Positions 20,059 through 30,154 of a stretch of DNA of 64,000 bases are shown here, one piece after another. Origin of the DNA: Ostreococcus lucimarinus (Eukaryota); NCBI GenBank assembly GCA_000092065.1, contig CP000585.1. One strand, given 5' to 3'. Each line of letters begins with the position of its first letter. Positions within the stretch are counted from its first letter, which is position 1. The translations under genes and the position numbers were made by a program. The notes under the pieces were generated by a model. It was given only the letters and a program-made list of their open reading frames with translations, made no database searches and was not told the origin of the DNA.

Positions 20059-20334
20059 CCTTCGGTGCCTCGTTTGAATTCAATCGAATGCAATCCACCA
20101 CCGTTTCCTCGTTTCCGCCTCGTTTCCGCGTCGCGTCGCGTCGCGTCGCGCGCGCGCGTCGACGGCGTCGCGTCGCGTCGCGCGCGCGTCTCGTCGTCCG
20201 TCCTCGCGCGCCGTCGCGCGTCGCGCTCTCCCGTCGCGCGCGCCGCCGTCTGTCGCGTCCGAGAGCGTCTTCTCGGACGCGCCGATCGATCGATCGGATC
20301 GATCGATCGATCGAATGATCGGCACTCGGCGACG

Positions 20335-20919
20335 ATGATGATGATGGTGAGGACGACGACGACGAGGACGACGACGACGACGACGACGCGCGCGAACGCG
20401 CGCGCGACGAAGCGACGAACGACGCGCGTCGCGACGCGCGCGCGCGCGAACGGCGAACGAGGAACGTCGGCGTCGGCGGCGTCGACGTCGCGGGACGACG
20501 GGCGTAACCGTATCGGGGAAATCGTCGCGACGACGGCGAGCGCTTTGGCGCTCGCGATGGGCGCGCCGGACGCGCGGGCGATCGACATGCAAATAGTGGA
20601 TTCGACGACGTCCGAGTACATGCGACGACGGGACGAGGCGGCGAGTTTTAAGTGCTCGGGCGGGATGTTCGATTGCGATTCGGATAGACGAGAGTACGCG
20701 CGCGCGCAGACGGAGCGCCTGCGAGCGAGAATCGCGACGAGGGATCCGGAGATGGACGCCGAGGAGGTTTCGCCGTGCACGGTGGAGGATCCGTGCACGG
20801 ATAACGTGCTGCAGGCGGCGTTGGCGGGGGTGCAAGGCTTGACGACGAGCGAAAAATTGGAAAAGATGGGACGACCGACGGACGCGGTGAATTCGTCGAG
20901 TCAGTATTTCGGTTTTTGA
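20335..20919 (+). CDS. Hypothetical small protein (T/R-rich N-terminus, two Cys pairs)
   Basis: An ATG at 20335 (ATGATGATGATG) sits in an ORF divergent from BRCA1-like. The C-terminal 90 aa have diverse composition (FKCSGGMFDCDSDRREYARAQTERLRARIATRDPEMDAEEVSPCTVEDPCTDNVLQAALAG). The N-terminus is encoded by a (GAC)n microsatellite. No recognised domain. Confidence 0.35.
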   Translation: MMMMVRTTTTRTTTTTTTRANARATKRRTTRVATRARANGERGTSASAASTSRDDGRNRIGEIVATTASALALAMGAPDARAIDMQIVDSTTSEYMRRRDEAASFKCSGGMFDCDSDRREYARAQTERLRARIATRDPEMDAEEVSPCTVEDPCTDNVLQAALAGVQGLTTSEKLEKMGRPTDAVNSSSQYFGF

Positions 20920-20956
20920 AAATGAATGCGGCGTGTAATCGAATCAATCTAAACAT

Positions 20957-23203
20957 CTATGCTTCTATTAGGTGCGTGGCTTCGTCGACCGCGCTGTCTT
21001 CCTCGCGCAGCTCGCCCCAAGACGTGCCGACGGCGAGTTTGATTGGCGTCGGCACGGCGAGTTTGATCGCGTTCTCCATGACGTTCTTCACCGCTCGCGC
21101 GCACTCTGGGACGTAGTCTTCGTCGACTTCGAACAAAAGTTCGTCGTGGATCTGTGCGACGAGAGTGACGCGCTTTTTATTCACTGATCCCGGCGCGACG
21201 TCGTTTGCAAATCTTCCCGCGCCGACGGCGCTCGTCCATCGCAGCATCGCCGTCTTCATCATGTCCGCGGCTGTTCCTTGAATGATCGTATTCACAGCTT
21301 GCCTTTGCGCCTCGCTGCGTTCGCTGAAGACTTTGGAGTGGATTTTCGGCAACGCGCGATGTCGACCGGACATCGGAAGCGTCACCGCTCCGGTTTGTTC
21401 CGCGCGTTGCAACACGCGAGTTATCCATTGATTCACCTTTGGAAACGCTCGATGAAACGCGGCGATGTATCCCTGCGCCTCGCTCTTCGGTACGCCGAGT
21501 TTTTCGGCCAAACCCGTGGCGTGTTGGCCGTACACGATTCCGTACGCCGTGCGCTTGGCGATGTCACGCGTGCTCTTTTCCGCTGGCGCGTCGAGCGGTA
21601 AGCCTTTACCGGCGTTCCAAATCGCCACGAACACGTCGCCTTTCGCCTGTCGTAACAGCGATATGAGGCGATCATCGCCGCTCAAGTGTGCCAAAACTCG
21701 CAGTTCAATTTGACTGTAATCCGCCGCGATGAATGTGCGCCCGGTGGGTGCGACGAAGCAGTTTCGCATCGTTCCCCGACCTACTTGCTGAATGTTAGGA
21801 TGACTCGAGGACAATCTCCCGGTCGCCGTCTTTGTGTTGTTCCATTGCGTGTGAATTCTGGCGCGACCGTCGGCGGCGATGACGGCTGATTTGTCGTAAT
21901 TGTCGCACATCGCTCTTTCTTTCAACGCGCCTCGATGATTCAACACGATTTGTGCGAAATGATGATGCTTCACTAGCGACTGCAGGACTTCGACACTCGT
22001 CGATAAATGGCTCGACTTGGAACCTTTCATCGCGTGCGCGCTCGGCGTCGGTAGCTTGAGCTTGTTATACAAGACGTCGGCGACTTGCTGCGCGCTCGCC
22101 AAATTGATGTCGACTCCGATGCACTTTTGGGCCTCGCGCTCAAGCTCTTCGACGCGACGATTCGCGGCCCGTCTCTGCTCGTCCGCGCGCGTCCGATCGA
22201 ACCCAACACCGTGGTGTTGAAGCACGCCGAGAGCGACTGCGACTTTGGCTTCGACGTCTCGCGCGAGCGGGGCGTCGCCTCGAGGGACGAACGAAAGCGC
22301 CGCGGTCAAGTCGGATTGAAAACACCCGAGCGCGTCGCTCCATGATGCATCTTTACACGCGCCCGTGTCCGCGATGCCCCCATCGTAGGCGCGATCGGGA
22401 TTGGCCAACCACGCGTCGATGCGACAATCGACGACGCGCGTCGTCGACGCGTCCACGCCAGTCACGCCCGCGTCCATCGCCGCGTGAACGATGTCTTGCG
22501 CGTGATACGTCACAACTCGACACTTCGCAAAAATCTTTTCTAAACGCGCTCTCGTCGTCGCGCGGTTCGCGGCGCGCAAAAAAAACGCCTCTCCCGTCGA
22601 CGCCATCACCGCGCCGAAACCGAGCACCGCTCGATCGACGGCGGACGCGTCGTCGTCGTCGCCATCGTCAGCATCACCACCGACCGCCGAAAGAGTCGCG
22701 AAGCGTTTCGCCGCCTTTTTCGCCGCCTTCTTTTCGTTCGCATCGACGTCACGAAAATTCGAACTGTACCCGAACCAAATCTCCAAGTCTCCCGCCACGC
22801 GCGCGACGTCTCTTCGCAGCACGCCGAGCGCGCACGTCGCGTCCTCGCCGCCATCCTCCAACGCTCGATCGAACGCCTCTCCGCTGTGGTCCGCATCGCA
22901 CCACGCCGCATTTTTCTCGAAATCAATCCCCTCCATCGCGTCTCCTCGTCCGGTCTCGAACGCCAACGCCATCGCCTCCGCCTCCGCGCTCGGTTTCGCC
23001 TTCGCCTTCGCCTTCGCCTTCGCCTTCGCGCGTCGCTTCTCGCCGCCGCCGCGCGTCGTCGTCGTCGTCGTCGTCGCCGGGCGTTTCCGCGTCGCCGACG
23101 CGTCGGCGTCGACGAACACCGGCGCGACGGTCGTCGTCGTCGTCGTTTCCGTCGCGTCGCCGGGCGGCGGTTTGGTTTTCCATCGCCATCGAAACGTCGC
23201 CAT
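20957..23203 (-). CDS. Family-A (Pol I-like) DNA polymerase; stand-alone polymerase domain with a degenerate exonuclease-like N-terminal region and no helicase or 5'-nuclease domain
   Basis: Motif A DYSQIELRVLAHLSGDD, motif B RDIAKRTAYGIVYGQHATGLAEKLG, motif C VAQIHDELLFEV, O-helix region. 748 aa with an N-terminal (AK)n/T-rich low-complexity stretch. Its length and architecture resemble Pol nu/Pol theta-polymerase-domain or organellar POP-type enzymes; I cannot discriminate without alignment. Confidence 0.9.
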   Translation of the reverse strand: MATFRWRWKTKPPPGDATETTTTTTVAPVFVDADASATRKRPATTTTTTTRGGGEKRRAKAKAKAKAKAKPSAEAEAMALAFETGRGDAMEGIDFEKNAAWCDADHSGEAFDRALEDGGEDATCALGVLRRDVARVAGDLEIWFGYSSNFRDVDANEKKAAKKAAKRFATLSAVGGDADDGDDDDASAVDRAVLGFGAVMASTGEAFFLRAANRATTRARLEKIFAKCRVVTYHAQDIVHAAMDAGVTGVDASTTRVVDCRIDAWLANPDRAYDGGIADTGACKDASWSDALGCFQSDLTAALSFVPRGDAPLARDVEAKVAVALGVLQHHGVGFDRTRADEQRRAANRRVEELEREAQKCIGVDINLASAQQVADVLYNKLKLPTPSAHAMKGSKSSHLSTSVEVLQSLVKHHHFAQIVLNHRGALKERAMCDNYDKSAVIAADGRARIHTQWNNTKTATGRLSSSHPNIQQVGRGTMRNCFVAPTGRTFIAADYSQIELRVLAHLSGDDRLISLLRQAKGDVFVAIWNAGKGLPLDAPAEKSTRDIAKRTAYGIVYGQHATGLAEKLGVPKSEAQGYIAAFHRAFPKVNQWITRVLQRAEQTGAVTLPMSGRHRALPKIHSKVFSERSEAQRQAVNTIIQGTAADMMKTAMLRWTSAVGAGRFANDVAPGSVNKKRVTLVAQIHDELLFEVDEDYVPECARAVKNVMENAIKLAVPTPIKLAVGTSWGELREEDSAVDEATHLIEA
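22995..23030 (-). repeat. (GGCGAA)n / (TTCGCC)6 in-frame hexanucleotide repeat encoding (AK)n in the polymerase N-terminus
   Basis: ttcgccttcgccttcgccttcgccttcgccttcgcg, seen directly; encodes AKAKAKAKAKAK on the minus strand. Confidence 0.8.
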
Positions 23204-23467
23204 CGCGCGCCGTCGCGTCGCGCGCGCCGCTCGCGCGTCGCGACGCCGCGAGAACTACGCGCGATGCGCCTCGCGCGCGCGCGTGACGGCGTCGGCGCGC
23301 GATGGCGTCGCGTCGCGTCGTCGCATCGTCGTCGCGAAGTGCGGTGACGCGCGCGTCACATCGAAGCGACGCGCGCGTTCGCCGCGCGACGCTTCGACGG
23401 ACGCGACGGACGCGCGCGCGCGCGTCTTCAGCGCGCGCGTCGTCGTCGCGTGCGCGATCGCGATCGC

Positions 23468-24539
23468 GATGGCGTCCGGACGCGCCGGGACGCCGGCGGC
23501 GACGCTCGGGACGCTGCGCGCGCACGACGCGAAGCGCGCGCTCGCGGTGGATCGGTTGATCCTGGGGGCGTCGCCGCTGGCGGGAATATACCGCGGCGTC
23601 GACGCGAGCGAGGCCGCGGCGACGGTGCGCGCGGCGCTCGACGTCGGGTTCACGCGGTTCGACACGGCGCCGCACTACGGGTTGGGGCTGAGCGAGACGC
23701 GCCTGGGCGAGGCGCTGCGAACGCACGCGAAGAAGGCGGTGAAGGTGTACACCAAGGTGGGAAGGGTGATGAAACCGATGGATGAAGTGACGGAAAGCGA
23801 ACGCGAGTCGGTGGTCGAGTGGGGGAACGTGCCGGGAAACGACGGGTGCATATTTCCAGACGCCCCGCGAGACGTGTTGCCCGTGCTCGATTATTCCGCG
23901 AATGGGTTCGTGCGATCGCACGCCGATAGTTTAAACAGGCTTGGGATTGATAGAATAGAGGGATTGAGGATTCACGACGCCGAGACGCCCGAAAGGTTCG
24001 AGGCGGCGACGACCGGGGGCGGCGTGCGCGCGTTGACGGCGCTTCGCGACGCGGGAACCATTTCAGAGGTATCGCTCGGGATGAACGACGCCTCGTACGT
24101 GTTGCGAATGATTCGCGAGAATCCCCCAGGAACGTTCGACTCGGTCATGATGGCCGGTTCGTGGAACTTGCTCGATCAAGACGGTCTCGAAGTCTTGCTC
24201 GAGTGCCAAGCGCGAAACATCAAGGTGCACAACGCCGGCGTCTTCGCCAGCGGCGTCCTCGTCGGCGGTTCGCACTACAAGTACGGCCCCGCTCCCGACG
24301 AGATCAAGCGGCGCACCGAAAAGTGGAACGTCTTGGCGCGCGCGTACGACATCCCTCTCCCCGCCATCGCCCTCGCCTTCGCCCTCACTCCCGAAGTCGT
24401 CGACTCGTGCGCCGTCGGCGTCAAGTCCCCCGACGAGGTCGCCCAATCCGTCGCCTGGCTCGCCGACGCCGCCCGCGTCCCGCGCCAGCTTTGGCTCGAC
24501 GCGTTTTCTCAAGGTTTACTCGCGTGGATCCCGTCCTAG
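23468..24539 (+). CDS. Aldo-keto reductase (L-galactose/L-fucose dehydrogenase-like AKR)
   Basis: ILGASPLAGIYRGVDASEAAATVRAALDVGFTRFDTAPHYGLGLSETRLGEALR is the AKR N-terminal (alpha/beta)8 signature, closely similar to plant L-galactose dehydrogenase (GASPLGSVFG...FFDTSPYYGGTLSEKMLGKGLK). The track ORF at 23172 extends upstream into the antisense of the polymerase start with no additional ATG, so 23468 is taken as the start. Confidence 0.85.
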
Positions 24540-24681
24540 GCCCTCGTTCGTCGCGACGACCACGTAATTCAGAAACTTTCGGAAACGCTCGTGCCCACAC
24601 CCGATCTCGCCTTTTCGCGCGCGAAGATCTCCGCTGACGGGGATCGATCTGGGGAACATTTCGACACATCGCGACGCGCGG

Positions 24682-25430
24682 TGATGCGCGCGACGACGCG
24701 CGCGCCCTCGCGACCGCCGAGTCGGTTGCGGCGATCGTCCGTCGACGCGCGCGACGACGCGCGCGCGCGCGCGTCGTCGTCGTCGTCGTCGACGTCGTCG
24801 GAGGGACGGCATCGCATCTCCGCGCGCGACGCATCGTTCGGCGCGGGCGAACGAGACGCGGGCGACGACGCGCGCGCGGCGACGCGAGATGACTGCGCGA
24901 TGATGGAAGACGACGCGCGAACGTACGAGACGGACGATAGCGACGGGAGCGACACGGTGACGGCGCTGATCGAGAGAACGACGGAGACGGAGAAGATTAC
25001 GCGAGATTACTGCGCGACGGAGGATTCGGCGCGCGAGCGAACGGGAGACGCGAACGCGAGCGATGCGATGATCGAGGCGTTGGAGGGGAAGATAAAGGCG
25101 TGCGAAGGCGCGAGCGCGTCTGGGAAGGGGGCACAGGCGCTGTATGCGAAGAAAGCGGCGGCGGAGACGGCGTTGGGGAAACTCTCCGACGCGTTGACTT
25201 CGTCTAAAAGAGTGATCGAGATAGCGCCGCTCTGGTTTCGTGGTTACGTGCTGCTCTCCGAAGTGACGTTGCGACAGTGTTGCGACTCATCATCGGTGAA
25301 CGACGTGGACGCGGCGAAAGAAATCGCAAAGGCGGCGCTCGAGAGAGCGCTTTTTTTGGAACCAAACGTCTCGAAAGATTCAAAGTTTCTTAGTTTATGC
25401 GCGAAAATTGGCGCCATGTCGGCTTCATAG
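24682..25430 (+). CDS. Hypothetical protein (acidic middle, helical C-terminus)
   Basis: The track ORF at 24591 starts on GTG; in-frame ATGs are at ~24682 and ~24901. The C-terminal 120 aa have a diverse helical composition (AMIEALEGKIKACEGASASGKGAQALYAKKAAAETALGKLSDALTSSKRVIEIAPLWFRGYVLLSEVTLRQCC...). No recognised domain; the start is uncertain. Confidence 0.3.
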
Positions 25431-25465
25431 GTCGCCGGCGCGCGGGTCGACATTTAGGTTACGAC

Positions 25466-25483
25466 GATAAGACGCGTCTTATC
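25466..25483. other. Perfect 18-bp palindrome gataagacgcgtcttatc in the convergent 3' intergenic region
   Basis: Seen directly; the reverse complement equals itself. It lies between the 3' ends of 24682..25430 (+) and GPN3 (-). Confidence 0.7.
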
Positions 25484-25571
25484 ACACGTCGCGTCTTTCG
25501 TCCAGTTTTGCTAGCACTACTCTCTTCTAATACACGTTTTGACTGGTTGTACTAAGCCGCTCTTCGATCGA

Positions 25572-26402
25572 TCACTCGAGCGACAGATTGCTCATGTCTG
25601 GTTCATCGCCGTGCTCCACGTCTCTGCTCGTGCGCACGTCCGCGTCTTCGCCGTAACCGATGGCGCAATCGCACTGATACAGCATGAATTGCAAACTGTC
25701 TTCGTCGGAAATGTCCAGCGGTACGAATGAAATCAGGGAAAAATCCTCCATGACGCTCGCGATCGCGCGATTGAGCTTGCGATACTTTGGATCCATTCTT
25801 TCATCGAGCTCGTCCGCCAACGCGGTGTGATCTGGGGTGAGATATGGGTCCAAAACCGTCTTGTCCTCCAACATGTCCACCTTGCTGAACACGTTGACGT
25901 GCGGCAGCTCCAAATGCAACATCGCGCTCTGCGCTTGCAAGCATCCGGCGATAAATTTCGAGCCGTCGGTGATAAATTGCGAATCGAGCACGTACACGCA
26001 CACCATTCGCCACCCCCAGTTCATCATCTGTTTCGTGAACGATCGAAACGCCGTGTGATGCGAGTACAGCTCGAGTTGCCCGGGGCAATCGAAGATCACC
26101 ATGTCGTCCTCCGTGTACCCTTCCAGCTGTTCGGCCAGCCAATCGTCCATGTTATCCTCGAAGTACTCCATGCAGAACATGAGCGCGCCGTTCGGGCCGA
26201 GGTCTTCCTCCTCCATGACGTCTTCGAGGGAGATGAGTTCGCGAACGTCCGCAGTCACCGGGTAGCGGAAGTCGTCCGCCGCCGGGTCGAGGTTGATCAC
26301 GTGCACCGTTCGACCGATCGAGGCGCAGTGCTGATGGATGTTGTAACAGTACGTCGATTTACCCGAACCCGCGGGACCGACGACGAGTTGAGCGTACGGC
26401 AT
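25572..26402 (-). CDS. GPN3: GPN-loop GTPase 3 (GPN3/XAB1 family)
   Basis: [81 protein letters not shown] matches human GPN3 ([20 protein letters not shown]...VNLDPAAE.F.Y.V.ADIRELI...DVMED..L.FGPNGGLVFCMEYF), including the GPN loop. The true ATG is at 26402 (the track ORF extends to 26489). Confidence 0.9.
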   Translation of the reverse strand: [276 protein letters not shown]

Positions 26403-26537
26403 GGCGGCTGACGAGACGCGAGCGAGGCGACGACTGAGGCGACGACGACGACCGAGGGGCGACTGTCGCGGGGATTTTGATACAAACAAAATGCGTCGAA
26501 TTGATGATGAGAATAGAGACGCGCGAATCGAATAGAG

Positions 26538-27383
26538 CTACAGCCTATCCTTACGTTTGCGTCCGGTAAATTTGCTATCGCTTGCGACTTGGACGCCGCG
26601 ATTTCTGTACTGCTCCTTCTTCTTGTGCACCCACGCTTTGCCTTTGATATTCTTCCCTTTCTTGTACTTCCCGCTCCTATCGCTCTTTCTTCCGTCCATG
26701 CGCATTCCTCGTCGCTCGATGTCGTCGTCATCGTCGAACTCTCCCTTCGGCGTCGGCAACTGTTCGGGCGGACCCGCGGCGAGGGCTAAGAAATACTTCT
26801 TCGCGCGCGTGGAGTTTGGATAATCCACGACTAAACCACCGCTAAATCCAACGCGAAGCGCCGCCGTCGTGATCATCTCCGCCTGCCTCGGCCCATCGGG
26901 GTAGATTTGTAAAATCGCCTTGGCGCCGCGTTTCAGGCTCTTGTACAACTGCGTGAAAAACGTCTTCAATCTTCTTTGCGGCACGTGCGCGCTGTTATCG
27001 GCGTTGCACAACCACTGCACCGCGGAAATACTCACGCACCCATCGAATACGCCCGGTCGAAACGGCACTCCGTGTCCCATATCATTCCTCAACACGTCTC
27101 CCTCCACCTCGCGCTCCTTCGCCACCTCCAGCATGCTCGCCGACAAATCCATTCCGATCCATTCGTGTCCGAGCTCGGTCAAGCGATCGCCCGACAGCCC
27201 GCTCCCGCATCCAACATCGAGCAATAACCTCGGGACGCCGTCGTCCGGGAAGTTTAACAGCTCCACCGCGCGTTCGGTGAGCCGCTCTTGAATCTCCACC
27301 ACGCGCGAGCTCTGCGAGTACTTTCGAGCCTCGGTGTCGTTATAAAACACGTCCGCGGGCGCGGTGAGCTCGGGACGAGACAT
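26538..27383 (-). CDS. BUD23: 18S rRNA (guanine-N7)-methyltransferase Bud23/WBSCR22
   Basis: MSRPELTAPADVFYNDTEARKYSQSSRVVEIQERLTERAVELL...LLDVGCGSGLSGDRLTELGHEWIGMDLSASMLEVA (SAM-binding motif I) and a basic C-terminal KK-rich tail. Confidence 0.9.
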   Translation of the reverse strand: MSRPELTAPADVFYNDTEARKYSQSSRVVEIQERLTERAVELLNFPDDGVPRLLLDVGCGSGLSGDRLTELGHEWIGMDLSASMLEVAKEREVEGDVLRNDMGHGVPFRPGVFDGCVSISAVQWLCNADNSAHVPQRRLKTFFTQLYKSLKRGAKAILQIYPDGPRQAEMITTAALRVGFSGGLVVDYPNSTRAKKYFLALAAGPPEQLPTPKGEFDDDDDIERRGMRMDGRKSDRSGKYKKGKNIKGKAWVHKKKEQYRNRGVQVASDSKFTGRKRKDRL

Positions 27384-27591
27384 CTGTGACCGTGTTCGTC
27401 CTTCTCACGACGCGTCGCGCGCGCACACGTCCGCGTCGCGGTGTGCGACGACGCGAAAGTGCTCGGTGCGTGGCGGCGGCGTTTTCCGGTGCGGTCGATC
27501 GAAGCCGCATCGCGCGCCGCATCGCGCGCGTTTTCGACGTTCGCGCGCGCAACGCAGCGTGAGCGCACGCTGAGCGCACTCGACGTTCTCG

Positions 27592-29196
27592 ATGGCGTCC
27601 ATCGCCGGCGTGGACGACACGCTGGACGTCGACGCGACGGACGTGGTGAAAATCATCCTGCAGTGGGCGAGAGAATCCGGACTCGACGCCACGCACGCGG
27701 CGCTGTCCGCGGAGACGAACACGTCGTTGAACGCGATTGAAGACGTGGATGCGTTTAAACGCGACGTCACGCACGGAAGGTGGGACGCGGTGCTGCCACA
27801 GTTGGCGAAACTGCGACTGCCCAAGAATGTGCTGGAGGATGCGTACGAGCACGTGACGCTGGAGATGTGCGAACTGGGTGAACAAGACACCGCACGGGCG
27901 ATTCTGAGGCAATCAAACGTCATGCGAGTGATGAAAGAGGAACAGAGTCGGCGGTACGGACGATTAGAGCATTACGTGAGCGCGAGGACGTTCACCGCGG
28001 AGGACGCGTACGCGGGGACGACGAAGGAAAAGCGACGGGAAAAGTTAGCCGAGGCGCTCTTGCGAGAGGTGGTCGTCGTGCCGCCGTCGAGATTGTTGGC
28101 GCTCATCGGCCAGGCGTTGAAATGGCAGAAGAGCACTGGGGCGCTGCCGCCTGGGACGGCGTTTGATTTGTTTCGAGGCCAAGCGCAGGTGGAGGAGGAA
28201 GAGGAAGAGCAGTGTCCGACGACGTCGCACAAGAGGATCAAGTTTTCCAAAAAGTCCTTCCCCGAGTGCGCGCGATTCAGTCCTTGCGGTGGTATGTTGG
28301 CCACGGGTTCGGCGGATGGATTCATAGAGATTTGGGATCCGTACAGTGGTAAGTTGAGAAAGGATTTGAAGTATCAGGCGGAGGATACGTTGATGATGCA
28401 CGACGACGCCGTGCTCGCGCTCGCCTTTAGCCAAGACTCCGATATGCTCGCTTCGGGTTCACAAGATGGTAAGATCAAGGTCTGGCGCGTGAGCACGGGT
28501 ACGTGTTTGAGAAAATTCGAAAAAGCTCATCAAGGCGGCGTCACGAGCGTCACCTTTAGCAAGGATGGTTCGCAGGTGCTCAGCGGATCTTTCGACGGTC
28601 TCGTTCGAGTGCACGGATTAAAGAGCGGTAAATTATTGAAAGAGTTTAGAGGGCATACGTCGTATGTGAACTCGGTGGCTTTCACAGAAGATGAGACGGA
28701 TGTCGTCTCTGCGTCGAGCGACGGTTCAGTCAAGGTCTGGGACGCGAAGACGTCCGAGTGCAAGTGCACTTTCAAGCCGCCACCGCCGGTTAATCCGAAC
28801 AAAGACGATGACGAAGAGACATATCAAACTGGTACAGTCCCAGCCGTGTTGTCTGCGATTCCACATCCGAAAAATGACGCACAAATTATCGTCACTTCGA
28901 AATCAAACGCCGTCGTCGTGTGCACGCTCGCGGGCGACGTCGTGGAAACGTACTGGACGAACAAGACCGCGCTACCGCACACCATCGTCGCGGCGACGCC
29001 TTCACCGCGAGGTGAATGGATTTACGCCACGAGCGAAATCGGTGAACTGTATTGCTTTAGCACCGAAACCAAAAAGCTCGAGTCCACCGTCTTCAACCTG
29101 CACGAGAGCTCCACGCTCGGCGTCGCTCACCATCCTCGAAGAAACCTCGTCGCCACGTTTAGCTCTATCGGCGAACTCAAGACTTGGAAACCGTGA
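27592..29196 (+). CDS. SMU1: WD40-repeat protein SMU1 (LisH/CTLH N-terminus + 7 WD40)
   Basis: N-terminal IEIDSADVIRLIMQYL-like LisH (DVVKIILQWARESGLDATHAALSAETN), a CTLH region, then canonical WD repeats (GH...WD: ASGSQDGKIKVWRV, LSGSFDGLVRVHGL, SASSDGSVKVWDA). Confidence 0.85.
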   Translation: MASIAGVDDTLDVDATDVVKIILQWARESGLDATHAALSAETNTSLNAIEDVDAFKRDVTHGRWDAVLPQLAKLRLPKNVLEDAYEHVTLEMCELGEQDTARAILRQSNVMRVMKEEQSRRYGRLEHYVSARTFTAEDAYAGTTKEKRREKLAEALLREVVVVPPSRLLALIGQALKWQKSTGALPPGTAFDLFRGQAQVEEEEEEQCPTTSHKRIKFSKKSFPECARFSPCGGMLATGSADGFIEIWDPYSGKLRKDLKYQAEDTLMMHDDAVLALAFSQDSDMLASGSQDGKIKVWRVSTGTCLRKFEKAHQGGVTSVTFSKDGSQVLSGSFDGLVRVHGLKSGKLLKEFRGHTSYVNSVAFTEDETDVVSASSDGSVKVWDAKTSECKCTFKPPPPVNPNKDDDEETYQTGTVPAVLSAIPHPKNDAQIIVTSKSNAVVVCTLAGDVVETYWTNKTALPHTIVAATPSPRGEWIYATSEIGELYCFSTETKKLESTVFNLHESSTLGVAHHPRRNLVATFSSIGELKTWKP

Positions 29197-29341
29197 GCGC
29201 TGATCCCGTTAAAATTTGTATCTCATTAGTTGGAATGCGTATCGTCGCGAGAGACGCTCGAATCCGACCTCGCCGTTCTCCAGTCTCGTCGTCGCGGCAA
29301 CAACACTTAGACTTCACTTCCACGCGCTGATCTCGCGCTCC

Positions 29342-30154
29342 ATGGACGGTCACTACCGCAAAAATGCAAAATCCATCGAAGGCATGATTCGGCGCGCTTC
29401 TACGAAAGAGAAAGCCGCGGTCGCGTGCTCGGTGGTCACACTGATCCTCCTCGCGATGCGCTTCTTCATCACCGATCACGACGTGCTCTTCTTGCTCGCC
29501 GAGTTCGTGCACTTCGTCGGAATCGGGTTTCTGGCGTACAAGCTGCTGAAACATAAAAACTGCACCGGATTGAGCCTGAAGACGCAGCAGTTGACGGCGG
29601 CATTCCTTGCGATTCGGTTGTATTGTTCGTTGATGATGGAGTACGACTGGCACACGCTGTTGGACGCGTTGACGTTGGCGGCGACGATATGGGTGTGTAA
29701 GATGATGAAGACGAGCGTGCGGACGACGTATAATGAAAATTTAGATCCAACGCCGCTGGCGATCATCGTCGGGCCGTGCGTGGTGTTGGCGGTGTTCGCG
29801 CACCCGACGACGCGACACTGGTGGATTAATCGCGTGGCGTGGGCGACGTGCGTGTACTTGGAGGCGATCAGCGTGCTCCCGCAGTTACAGATGATGCAAA
29901 AGGCGAGGGTAGTGGAGAGGTTTACGGCGAATTACGTGTTCGCGTTAGGCGTGGCGCGATTTTTGTCGTGCGCGCACTGGATTTTGCAAGTGTTTGACGG
30001 GAAATCATACTTGCAGACGGCGCTCGGCAAAGGGATCTGGCCGGTGATGGTGTTGGTCAGCGAGATCGTGCAGACGGGAATTTTAGCTGATTTCTGTTAC
30101 TACTACGTCTTGTCTTTTGCGCAGGGAGACGCCAACGTCCACCTTCCTGTGTGA
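29342..30154 (+). CDS. ERD2-like (ER lumen protein-retaining receptor family) multi-pass membrane protein
   Basis: 7 predicted TM helices. VLPQLQMMQKARVVERFTANYVFALGVARFLSCAHWILQVF resembles KDEL-receptor helix 5-6 (ILPQL.M..KTGEAE..T.HY.F.LG.YRALY...WI.RY). The track ORF at 29216 starts upstream; the ATG is at 29342. Confidence 0.65.
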   Translation: MDGHYRKNAKSIEGMIRRASTKEKAAVACSVVTLILLAMRFFITDHDVLFLLAEFVHFVGIGFLAYKLLKHKNCTGLSLKTQQLTAAFLAIRLYCSLMMEYDWHTLLDALTLAATIWVCKMMKTSVRTTYNENLDPTPLAIIVGPCVVLAVFAHPTTRHWWINRVAWATCVYLEAISVLPQLQMMQKARVVERFTANYVFALGVARFLSCAHWILQVFDGKSYLQTALGKGIWPVMVLVSEIVQTGILADFCYYYVLSFAQGDANVHLPV

